A stretch of 64,000 nucleotides of DNA from Octopus sinensis (Eukaryota): positions 107,756,001-107,820,000 of the forward strand of contig NC_042999.1 of the NCBI RefSeq assembly GCF_006345805.1, read 5' to 3'. Below, one piece after another: positions 37,095-48,116 of this stretch. How positions within the stretch are numbered: position 1 is the first letter of the stretch; each line of letters begins with the position of its first letter. Under the pieces are notes generated by a model. That model saw only the letters and a program-made list of their open reading frames with translations. It was not told where the DNA came from and did no database searches. The translations under genes and the position numbers were made by a program.

Positions 37095-38697
37095 TGGACA
37101 CAACAATACAGTCAATAGAATAAATACTGATAATATTATTTGAGTTGAGTCAATTCTTCTGGATAATAAAGCTTTCAGCTTAAGAAGGTAACATTATTAA
37201 ATCAATATTACTGATATTTGTTAATTTGTGGGGACAGAGATAGTCAGAGAGAGAAACAGAGAGAGAGACAGACAGAGAGACAGAGAGAAGAGTCTTTGTT
37301 AGGAACGTGTGGTGATACTTTGTAGGTTTTCATTGACAATATTGATTTCTTACATGAGCACAGATTTTTAAGGTAGAGCTAATGAGAAGGTGGGTGTGAC
37401 TGTCATGCTTCTCTCAATGATATTACCATGTACAGGTTATGACATGGTTACAAGTGGGAATTGAAACTACGTATATTGCAGACTTGGTTAGCTGGTATAT
37501 CACTTGTATCTGATTGTAAATAATGATTTTTTTTCAGTTTTATGATGATAGAAGACTATAAATTCTAAGTTGGGGATATAGACAATTGATTTTAATCAAT
37601 TATATGAATGGCTTTAATGTTATTGACCTGAAGAGCCAATGAGCTAATGAGAAAACCTCTGTGAAGCTGCTTACTCTGCAAGAAATAGCAGCCAAATTTT
37701 CCATAAATCATGTTTAATTGATTTATACAAGATTGAATACGTTAGATTATGTAGTTTTGCATAATCTTTCAGTGATGAATCAATTTGCAAATGGAATACC
37801 ATGGGCTAAACAACAACAACAACAACAACAACAGCTCATAAAAGGATAAAAAGTAAAGGAAATCCAGGAAGGTTTCAACTTACAATGTAGAGTAACAAAA
37901 ATATTATAAAGCACTTTAATATCTTACAGTATCTGATACCACCACCTTATATTACACTTAGCAATTCCAGTAGAAATTCTGTTTTATAAATGTTTATATT
38001 TCTATTTTGATGTATAAATTTATAACTTTTCAAAATATTGTTTCATTGTTAAAAATTTAGATTATGTCATCAACGACATTTCATAGTTTAGGTTGTTGAC
38101 TGTTACACTCGAAGTAGCTTTGTTACGGTTAATATTTGGATTATGTATTCGTTTTCCTTCCATAGTTTTAAGCTTCTTGAAAGCGTAACACTCATTTGTT
38201 CTAATTTGTTAAAACTTTCGATTATGTCTTTAAATTCATCCCTTTGTTAATATATTTCTGTTGAAATATGTTGCTTTTGCTTCAATTAATTTTGAAAATA
38301 ATGAAGAATTTAGTAGGAAAATAACTTCAACATTATTAATCTAGTGTTTAGAGCAGAAATTAAACATGAAATTTTCACGGAATGTTTAAATGCCAATCAT
38401 TTTAAAACAAGAAGTTTATATCGTAGAACCAGGTTGATCTAGGTGGGTCGGTATCAAAAAAAAAAAAGGTTTATTGAAAGCCTAACATTTAAATACTTCA
38501 TGACAAGAAGACTGGCTTTGAAAGAAAGTCTAAAATTTATTGAAGAGAGGTTTTAACTCGCTGCTTCACTACGTTATATATAGATCCTCAGTTGTAGGCA
38601 AAGTTGTTCCGAACGAATTGGTCCACGAGAGAGAATGCAAGGCATATATTATATCTGGGCCTGGAAATTTATTGCTAGGATCTCAGAAAACGTTTAG

Positions 38698-38752
<55 letters not shown>

Positions 38753-39674
38753 CGTGCGCGCGTATGTGTATGCATGTGTGCTAACTGAAAGATCGTTCAA
38801 TACATTTAAGTGTAGCGAGGTCTACAACCGAAACCGGATCTAGCTTTAGAAACCAGGATTAGCTCACATTTAGGTCCGGCGATTAGTCCTGGATAACCAA
38901 TCAACTTATCAGTATATCGCCCCATATTAGGGAATGTTCTATTTTGTTCGAGTAGTTCCCGCGCTTTTGCGATTATATAAACAACAACGCACGTAAACCA
39001 ATGTGGGTAACGCACTCGAGAAACATAAGCAACAAGCCCTTCAAATCGACGAGTTTCCTTGGCTGAATCTCAGCCCCGAGTTAAAAGTGTTCTTCGATAA
39101 GAATGGATAGAATATTACTCCCGCCTCACATGTGAAGCTAATGCCTTATGTTAGTAATGTTGTTAAAAATTAGATTCATTCCAGCACACTATTCTACATT
39201 ACTGGCAAGCACCAATGTAAATATTGTAATGTACTTCGATACTTCGATAGCAATAAATGTTTGGGACAACACGCAGTTCATCATCATACCAATATATCAA
39301 GACCCATTCGAACCTTATATTACAAAAGCAACAACCCTAACTTGGGACGTTCAGCCAGCACAGTATTGTTAACCATTGACATGCCACTACACAACTTGCA
39401 CTTTGCCGAAAAAAACTCCCACACTGGAAACTTCGACGCAAGAAATGACAGTCAACTCAAGCCACGTTCACAATCGCCGCTTTTTCAGCCAGTGAATCCA
39501 TGGCTAGTCTGCGCGAAATGGCAGTTAATACAAAAGTTCATTGACGAAGAAATTTTGTTTAATATTTTTTCTCATTCATGATATCGAAACAAACTTCATT
39601 CATAGCCTTTTGAGTGTGGTTGCAGAAACAATCTAGACCCATCTGACCTTATGCAACAAAAGTCACGCATTTAC

Positions 39675-39863
39675 TTTTCAAGGAAAAAGTTAACACATAT
39701 GTAAACGACCGTGCGAAGGAGAGGTAACGAGAATGGCGCGCAATAGAGCAAGAGACAAACTGCGGCAATACCAACCAGTCAGAGTAGTGGACACAACAGG
39801 GTCCAAAAGGGCGGCCGAAGGCTAGCTGTTATCTACTACGTCCGTATTTGTGTATATATATAT

Positions 39864-39910
<47 letters not shown>
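39675..39910 (-). promoter_or_regulatory. Promoter/first-exon-like region
   Basis: CpG-rich, with a YY1/initiator-like GCGCCATT on the minus strand (39732-39739), donor aaa/gtaaat at 39674 and a (GA)n tract at about 39866-39908. Lies next to the CpG boundary. Confidence 0.35.
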
Positions 39911-39912
<2 letters not shown>

Positions 39913-40366
39913 TTCCCTAAGCGTACGCTACACATATATTTCTTAATAGCTGTGTTAAAGTATAAGACAATATTACCCTTGGTTCTTTCATGATCTTCAA
40001 GAAAAGAAAAGAGGTTATCCAAGAACTGGAGATTTTGGCCCAAATGCTTAGATCAAAGTGTCTTCTGCCATGTAGAGATTCCTGCATTGGTTTCGAAATA
40101 CTGCAAATTTTTGTACCCAGCAATAGCATAAAATATAATCGACAGATTAATTCTACTGTCCAAAAGAAAAACTAGCATTCTTATTTTTCGAAGGGGCCTC
40201 TAAAAAAAACTTTGTACACTATAAAATTCTTCTCAGAATCTTTACCGAGTTATATTTCAACTGAAGACATACAATCAAAATTAAATGCAAGTTATTTAAC
40301 CCAATAGTTTTTTTTTATTTCTTCCAAATCTATTGCAATAATAGTAATTTCTGGTTTAGGCACAAG

Positions 40367-40523
40367 AACTAGCGTAGCTAGAGTGTGTGCTGCCCGGGGC
40401 GGCCCTTCCGTTTGCCGCCCCTGGACCCCACAAAAAACAACATATTACCTACAGCTGACCAAAAAGTACCGCCCGGGGTGGACCGCTTCTACCGCCCCAC
40501 CCCACCCACTAGCTACGCTAGTG
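40367..40523. mobile_element. hAT-type MITE (157 bp), TIR (c)actagcgtagctag, 8-bp TSD ggcacaag, inserted in a SINE C
   Basis: TIRs at 40368-40381 and 40509-40522; TSD at 40359-40366 and 40524-40531. Confidence 0.9.
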
Positions 40524-41409
40524 GGCACAAGGTCCGTAATTCTAAGGGGAGAACTTAGTGGATACCATCAACCCCAGTACTCAACTTTCTTTTATCAACC
40601 TTTTAAATCGATTACATCGATCGTAATACCTCCTCCCGCAACCCCGTAAGGATAAAAGGTAAAATCGATCTCAGCAGAATTCTAACTCAGAACACAAAGA
40701 CAAAGTGCCACCAAGCATTTTGTCCGCCTTATCTTTATTTGTAAGTTAGGCACAAGGCCTCAAATTTTGTGGAAAGGACCACAGTTGATTTAAGTCAACT
40801 CAAGAACTTAACTGGTGCCTTATTTCATCGATGCCTGAAAGATAAAAAAAGTAAAATCAAATTTCGTGTTATTAAATTACATTTTGCTTAAACGTCACCA
40901 AGAACACAACTAAATCTGTAAATAGACGCCCTTTTTTTAATGATAATGATTTTAAAATAAGGCAAGAGGTTACAAATTCGGAGGATGGGTGGGGTTCTAC
41001 TTGTTTTAAGTGATCTTACTACTTGACTAATTATTTTTTAAGTGCCCCTCTCGTGATAATGAAAACAAAGTCAACCTCACTAACAGGTTTTGAATTCAAG
41101 CTCAAAAATATATGACTAAATAATGGTTTTAAATTCTGGAACAAAGAGGCAAGTTTGAGGGTAGGGGTTTCATTCATCCTTCAACGTGGTTGAACAACCA
41201 ATCCCAACCAGTCGGGATTCCCACCAGGGGCTGTACTAATTATCCTTTCGATCATTGAATACATAACGTGGCTAGCGAGATTTCTTTTCGAGTCAGGCCT
41301 ATCGCCAGATTTTAGTGCCAGGGGTGCGGGGTCTTCAGAATATTCTTGGTGGTCACTAATATGTAATAATATTAAAGTGGAGTTTCGAAATAAGTGTATC
41401 ACTGTAAGT

Positions 41410-42131
41410 GAAGGTGCGCGGCTTAGTGGTTAGGGTATTCGGCTCACGATAGCAAAGTCGTGAGTTCAATTCCCGGTAATGTTGGGTGTCCTTAAGCAAG
41501 ACAGTTTAGTTCACGTTACTTCAGTCTACTCAGCTGTCAAAAATGAGTAATACCTGTATATTTAAAGGGTCGGCCTTTAAGAGTACACGTGTCCGTGCCG
41601 TGCTCAGCCACATGCACGTTAATTTCACGAGCAGGCTAGTCTTGCAGAATGGTATAGCTATAGAAAGGCGGCGAGCTGGCAGAATCGTTAGCACGCGGGG
41701 CGAAATGCATAGCCGTATTTCGTCTGCCGCTACGTTCTGAGTTCAAATTCCGCCGAGGTCGACTTTGCCTTTCATCCTTTCGGGGTCGATTAAATAAGTA
41801 CCAGTTACGCACTGGGGTCGGTGTAATCAACTTAATCCCTTTGTCTGTCCTTGTTTGTCCCCTCTATGTTTAGCCCCTTGTGAGTAGTAAAGAAATTGGT
41901 ATTTCGTCTGCCGTTACGTTCTGAGTTCAAATTCCGCCGAGGTCGACTTTGCCTTTCATCCTTTCGGGGTCGATAAATTAAGTACCAGTTACGCACTGGG
42001 ATCGATGTAATCGACTTAATACCTATGTCTGTCCTTGTTTGTCCCTTCTATGTTTAGCCCCTTGTGGGTAATAAAGAAATAGGTATAGCTACAAATGGAA
42101 CTCTTGTCGTCGTAACCGACAGAGTGCCAGA
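41410..42131 (+). mobile_element. CORE-type SINE with a 14-bp TSD, carrying a nested SINE C dimer
   Basis: TSD gtatcactgtaagt at 41396-41409 and 42132-42145; tRNA head gaaggtgcgcggcttagtggttaggg; CORE-like gtccttaagcaagac. Confidence 0.9.
41661..42081 (+). mobile_element. SINE family C dimer (full monomer plus 5'-truncated monomer), 10-bp TSD
   Basis: TSD ggtatagcta at 41651-41660 and 42082-42091; second monomer starts at ggtatttcg (41898). Confidence 0.9.
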
Positions 42132-42249
42132 GTATCACTGTAAGTCTGAATAGTGAGGGGGTAGTGCCGTTCAGTGCAGCCCCTTAGCTACGGACATGGT
42201 TCGGGTGATTTTTCCTGAGTCATCGTTTCACCCTCGTATCCGTCACAAG

Positions 42250-42400
42250 GTTACCTACCCATTTATAGCCGAGTGAACTGGAGCGAACGTGACATGAAGT
42301 GTTTTGCTCGAGAACACAACGCACAGCTGGTCTGGAAATCGAAACAATCATCTCACAATCGTGAGTGCGACACCTTAACCACTTGGTCACGCGCCTTCAC
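42250..42400 (-). mobile_element. CORE-type SINE
   Basis: catttatagccgagtgaactggagc..gtgttttgctcgagaacacaacgc..ccttaaccacttggtcacgcgccttcac. Confidence 0.75.
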
Positions 42401-43269
42401 ACGTTAGTCGATACCTTGGAAGGATAGAAGACAAAGCTAGCTCCGGCGAAATTTGAACTCAGAACGTAATGAGGAGTCCTAAAGGAATAATGATACGAGT
42501 GAATTCAGACGTTCTGATGAGTCTGCTTAACCTCGGGGCGACCCCGATAAAGCAGAATTATGATCAAAAGTATTACAGCCGGGACTATCTCGTGTTTTTT
42601 TTCCGTGCTGGCAGTCTAGGACCTCGTTCAACGTGTCTTCTTTTAAAGGCAGCGGGGTGTGTAGTTTTGGGGAAATTTGGATCTATTTCTAGCTGGTCCA
42701 GCGACCACGTAGAGACAGCTGCGTCGGTATGCCTGCCGTTTTACTAATTCCGTGTAATTTCTTCCTTGTAAGAAATAAATGTTATATATAACTGAATTAA
42801 TATTAACACATTACCGGTATCTTATTGATTTACTTGGAAACAACTGTTAGTGCTTTCCTACATCCTCAGCTCTAACCTTGGCTGAATCTCAGTTTTAAGT
42901 ATTCCTTCAATTTACATGTCACCGTCTTGAAAAGATGAGAGAAATATTGTCTTAGATACACATTGTCCGAGAAAGAACCAGGTGGTCATATCCTGATGAG
43001 AACTCCATTAGTCATAGACTTGTTCAATCGCAATTGACTTGGGTTTACATAGCAACCTTGGTTTTTCGGGGTTTTTTTTTTATTGCAGGGATATAGTGTT
43101 GGCCGGGGTCGGCCCTAAGGTTGCTGGCTCCCTGGGCAAGCTGAACTTCGACGTATACAAGCTGATGGCCGTGGAAATTTCCTTATTTTTGTCATGCTCT
43201 CCTTGGCGTCCCCTAGCACATGGCACCCCGGACGACTGCCCGAGTTGCCGGTACCCTCAGCCGGCCCTA

Positions 43270-43730
43270 GTGTTGGCCGCCCATAACGAAATCATAAATA
43301 ATGGCCAAGATGCCGTAGACTTCCCTTCCCTTCTCGAGGGATCGGTAAAAGGCCTGACGGTATGACAATGCTCCCGTTCCGTGACGGTAGGCCTCTCATC
43401 TGGGATTCCACATGTGACACCTTCTCCAGCAGCAACTTGGCGTGTTCAGCTACCAGCCCAGGCTCCGCTGCTTGTCAGGCTGAGAAAAACTGTCAAAGTA
43501 TCAGTCACTTTCTAACAGATCTACGGTCGGGCCAGTGACAGTGGAAACCTCCGGGGTTCTCGGGCCCCGGACTATATCTCTGCTCACCGCTTCGGGCGAT
43601 GGCTATTCGCCTGTGCGAGTCCCGTGAGTCAGAGTGACTGTTCTAACGCATCTCTCTCGCCATCTTCCGGGGCAACGCCTTTTCCATTTTGTCTGTTGGA
43701 ACCATGAGACGGTCTGAATTACAGGAAATC
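43270..43730 (+). mobile_element. CRE-clade non-LTR retrotransposon C-terminal restriction-like endonuclease remnant
   Basis: Across frameshifts: HNEII..FPSLLE, GKRPDGMTMLPFRDGRPLIWDSTC, SAACQAE..KYQSL, VETSGVLGP, RISLAIFRGNAFSIL. Confidence 0.8.
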
Positions 43731-43751
43731 GAGGGAATCTAAGAATTTCGT

Positions 43752-44431
43752 AGTTGGAGATGTAAATATATTATTTGATGTAGAAAATTACGTAAGAAAA
43801 AAAATGATAAGAAATTAAAGCGAACGAATTTTCTCGAAACGAAATCTACGACTAGAATTTTAATTTTTATTACAATATCATTGTAATAACATAATGCTTG
43901 TTTATATCTTACATAGCTGGAGGCGCATGGCTCAGTGGTTAGAGCGTCGAGCTTACGATCGTGAGGTTGTGAGTTCGAATCCCGGACCGGGCTGCACGTT
44001 GTGTTCTTGAGCAAGATACTTTATTTCAAGTTGCTCCAGTTCACTCAGCTGTAGAAATGAGTTGTGACGTCACCGGTGCCAAGTTGTATCGGCCTTTATG
44101 TTTACTTTGGATAACACTGGTGGCATGGAGAGGGGAGGCTGGTATGCATGGGCGACTGCTGGTCTTCCATAAACAACCTTCCCCGGATTTCCTGGGAGGG
44201 TAACTTTGTAGGTTCAAGCCCACAGTCAGTCATGACCGAAGGGGGTCTCAGCAGCAGCTGGAGGTTCCAGCAGCAAGGTTGCACTGATTTTTAAATTTAA
44301 AATGATATTGTAATAGAAATTAAAATTTTAGTCGTAGATTTCGTTTCGAGAAAATTCGTTCGCTTTAATTTCTTATCATTTTTTTTCTTACGCAATTTTC
44401 TACATCAAATAATATATTTACATCTCCAACT
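43752..44431. repeat. Near-perfect inverted repeat, 131-bp arms (43752-43882 and 44301-44431)
   Basis: Manual alignment of the reverse complement shows 3 mismatches. Confidence 0.95.
43918..44256 (+). mobile_element. tRNA-derived CORE-type SINE, full length, inside the inverted repeat
   Basis: Head ggaggcgcatggctcagtggttagagcg..gagttcgaatccc; CORE-like ttgagcaagatactttatttc..actcagctgtagaaatgag; possible TSD agctggagg. Confidence 0.9.
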
Positions 44432-44590
44432 TTACAGATGATTCTTATTATGACTGTCACTCTTACGAAGATTGTTTGCTATTACATGTATTATACACAT
44501 TGTCAGTAATTATTTTCACTCTACGGCGAATGGACAAATTGCTTAACGGTATTTCTCACGTTCTGAGTTTAAATGCCGCTGAGGTCGGCT

Positions 44591-44741
44591 CACTACTGTA
44601 GCTAGGGGAGGGGTGGGCGCGTCTTTTTAAAGAGGCACCACTTCTGGGTCTGCTGTAGGCAATATATGATTTTTGTGTAGGGTCTGAGGGTGACAAACGG
44701 AAGAGTCGCCTCGGGTGGCACACACTCTAGCTACGCTAGTG
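44591..44741. mobile_element. Second copy of the hAT-type MITE (opposite orientation), 8-bp TSD, inside a SINE C
   Basis: Ends cactactgtagctag and ctagctacgctagtg; TSD ggtcggct (44583-44590) and ggtcgact (44742-44749). Confidence 0.88.
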
Positions 44742-45199
44742 GGTCGACTTTACCTTTCATCCTTTCGGGGGTCGATTGATCTAATCGACTAACGCGCACA
44801 ATCGAAATGTAAGCCTTGTGCTTATAGTAGAAAGAATTGCTATTTTTACAAAAGACAGTGAACTAGTAGAATCGGTAACACGTCGGACAAGATACTTAGT
44901 AGCATTTCTTACGGGTCGTCACTTTCTGAGTTGAAAGGTCGACTTGCCTTTCGAGGTCAATAAAGTAAAGTACTAGCGAATCACTAGAGTCGATGAAATC
45001 GACTAAGCCCCTCTTCTAAAAGCTGCTGGCGATTTTGTGCAAAAAAAAACCCCAATTGTTTCTGCTACCAGGATTGTAGTCTACTGGACACATGAATATC
45101 TGGCAGGTTACTTCCTGGGGTAAAAAAAAAAACCCCTCTCTACATTTGTCAGGGTTCCTCGGGGTCTCGAAAGCGGTCTTAGTCCATCTTGCAAAATTT

Positions 45200-47780
45200 T
45201 CCTCGGAGGACCAAGGGTGTCTCTACAGCAGTCACTCAACTTGCTAGCTTGCTGGAAACAACATCCAAATCACCCTCAAATCATAACAAAATCCATTTGC
45301 GTAGAGTAGCTTCCCTCCACCCTTTCATTAAACGAAACGCAATTTCGACAAGCCACTGCTCTAATAGTTTTCTTAAACTATGGTTTTAAGAGTACCCCCC
45401 ACTAAAAAAAAAACCCCACTGAAAGGTGTCTGTATTACAGTCCTGAAAAATAATACGAGTGGTCAAGGCTGGAATGCCTTTGATCCCAGGACTGCTTGAA
45501 CAGAGACATGGGCGTTAATCAACAATAACAATACTTATCTTAGGACCTAATTAAGAATTCTCTCTGGCGCCGATTATGTTTCTTTCTTCTGTTATCCTTC
45601 CTATGAAAAGCAATTAAAGTACTAGTAATATACAACTAATACTAGACAAGTAGATTGACTGAATTTCTTTAGAGCAAAGCTCTCTCTTTTCTTTCGTCCT
45701 TCCTTCCTTCTTTGCATTGCTTATCTCGAATTATCAAAATGCTACTAAAGAATGCGTAGGCTTCGAAACGGTAACCTTTTCGTATTTGCAGCACGCGCCT
45801 TTATCGTCTAATAGAGTTGTTTGTTGTTGGTGGAATGAACACGGAAATAAACCAAAAGTAGAAAACAAACAAGTGTCAGTAGCGATGTGTGATAGAGAAC
45901 GATGCTCGGTAAGGGTGGCAATAATAACAGGAGTCAGCTGTAAAGTTGGAAGCTGTTAGTGGCAGTTGTGGAATAGGAGACGGTAGAAGTGGTGGCAGCA
46001 GTAGTAGTATAAGAGACAGAGGTGTTGGCGGGGACGATAGAAAAGCATTAACTGTATTAACAGCAGTAACGATACAGATTGTATAAGGGTTGCTGGTTGG
46101 TGACTGTCGTTTAGCCCCAGAGCAAAACCTCTGTTCAAAGGCATTCTAGCCATGATCATCCCGTCTTGTTTTTAGACAAAGTATATCCAACCTTACATTG
46201 TCCAATATTTCGCAAAAAACAAACAAACAAACAAAAAAAAAAACAAACAAAAAAGAAAAACGGTAAGGTGTGATTTGAATTTGAAGAAGATTTGGTTGCT
46301 ATTTCTAGCAGGTTGAGTGACTGCTTGCAAGCTTTCTATTTTGACTCGTTGTTGGTGACTATGTCGGGAGATGGTTGTGGTGGTGTCAGCGGTGCAGATA
46401 TATTTCGTTGTTGTTTAGCATCAGGTCAACTCTGGTCAAATAGACATGTGATCAAAAGCATTTCAGCTGATTATCTCGTTTCTGTAGGGGTTATATAAAA
46501 ACTACGTTATATAACGCATACTTATCCCTTTTTAACAGTATGCTTATGATATGAGGGAGGTTTGCTAGTTATTATTAGCAGGTCGAACGACCACATAAAG
46601 ATTTTCTTCATTAGTTCTTGATAGATTTCGCAGTGCTGTAGGTCGTATAAGGATTGTTGTTTAGCCCTAAGGTAACGCTAAGTAAACCTATGATGAAAGG
46701 AATTGTAACCATCCCATGTGTTCATCAATGTGTATTGAGAACTACACAATATATTTTCCCTTTATTTCTAAGGCATTAGGGTCTGGTTTGAGAGAAATTT
46801 GGATGCTATTTACATTCGTTGATTTTCTTGTTTAGCCCCTAAATAGCTCTGATCCAACAAAACTATGGTTAAAAAAAGCATTCTAACGAGGCCCTTCTGT
46901 TTTCTAACTTTTTTTTTTACGGATATGGAGGACAGGATTACATTAACTAAAGTGACTTTTCTTTAAGGCGGTAATATGCAATATTTGAGGGAAATTTGGC
47001 TGCTATTACCTTTAATTAATGCGAACAGGTAAATACCCTCAATAACCTGCCATATTAAAAAGGAGAGGTAATCGGAGGCATGTCATTGTTAACCCAAGAA
47101 ATTTGCTTCGGTTGTGATCATCCCGCTTTATTTTCGACCATAGTGCATCTAGGATCACGGTCTCCAATGTGTCTTTTTTCAGAGACGTAGAGGGTGAGGT
47201 TTAAGAAAGATCTAATGGCTATTTCCAACAGATCGACGCGTGAAGGTTCCCTCGCTGACTCATATTTGTGACGTCGGTGTCGTTGAAGTCCTGGTCAGCT
47301 CTGAGCAAGAAATATTTATGACCAAAGGCATTCGTCACTCTTTATTTTTCTGTTTAATTGTAGGACAACATAATTCAGTGTCATTTTTTTTCTCTTAAGA
47401 CGGTACGTTGAAATTTGAGGGAGACTTGACTGTTCTTTCTTGTAAGCCGAACAATAGTGAGCGTGGAGCTCCATCTCGTTGGCTTGTAATGTTGCTGTTA
47501 GAGACGGCGACAGTGAATAAGTTATGTTAGGTGGGGAGATAAAGTTGGTGGCCAGCATAGGCATAATGTTAGAAGCTGGACAGAAAGAGAGGGAAATATT
47601 GCAACGAAATGTGAAAGGAAATCAGTTATTTGCTGTGGTTGTTTAACCCCATCACAAAACTATGACTGAGCAGGTCTATAAACCATGTCCTTCCAGCGAT
47701 GATCACCCATCCATCCATTTCCAAGGCATTGCATAATGAGGATTTCAGGGTGTAATATGGGTGAGACTGAACTGTCGTTT
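45200..47780. mobile_element. Dense cluster of a further SINE-like repeat (family D), about 7 degenerate copies
   Basis: Recurring ttgtttagcccc..aaaggcattc..catcccgtc..gatttggctgctatttctagcagg at about 46105, 46410, 46655, 46825, 47085 and 47640; opposite orientation at about 45200-45530. Confidence 0.7.
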
Positions 47781-48048
47781 CCCCTTCCCGGCGACCGAAA
47801 ATTATTATCAGTCTCCCTGCTCTCAGATGTCGAAGCGTAATAAAACCAACCAAGGTGTTTCTGTGTAAAGGAGAGTGAGGGAGAGAGAGAGAGAGAGAAA
47901 GAAAGAGAGAGAGACAGAGACAGACAGACAGGCAGAGACAGAGAACGGCCTTGCTTGACAACAGATACCGAACTTCACAACTTTTTTTACTCGTCTCTCC
48001 CCACTTCTGTATAAAATCAACAGTTTTTTTTCCTTTCCTTTACGCTAG

Positions 48049-48116
48049 GGCGAGGTTATATTGAAGGTTACTTCGTCCTGACAATGGCACAGATCGGAAA
48101 CGTTCACTTAAAAAAG
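48049..48116 (+). CDS. Candidate exon containing a start codon (ATG at 48084; MAQIGNVHLKK)
   Basis: Acceptor ttttcctttcctttacgctag, donor aag/gtgaag, Kozak-like acaATGG, single open frame. Confidence 0.25.

Noticed and set aside
38232-38470. piggyBac-like MITE
   Set aside because: It resembles a repeat I associate with octopus, but the TIRs are too degenerate and no TTAA pair can be shown here.
39733-39825. Plus-strand ORF MARNRARDKLRQYQPVRV..
   Set aside because: It is 30 codons with no good donor or recognisable homology. The ATGGCG is equally explained as a promoter motif.
43918-43990. tRNA gene
   Set aside because: It is a tRNA-like SINE head with A/B boxes that runs into the CORE domain and tail. 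No complete cloverleaf with an acceptor stem is evident. The same applies at 41410, 2683 and 20030.
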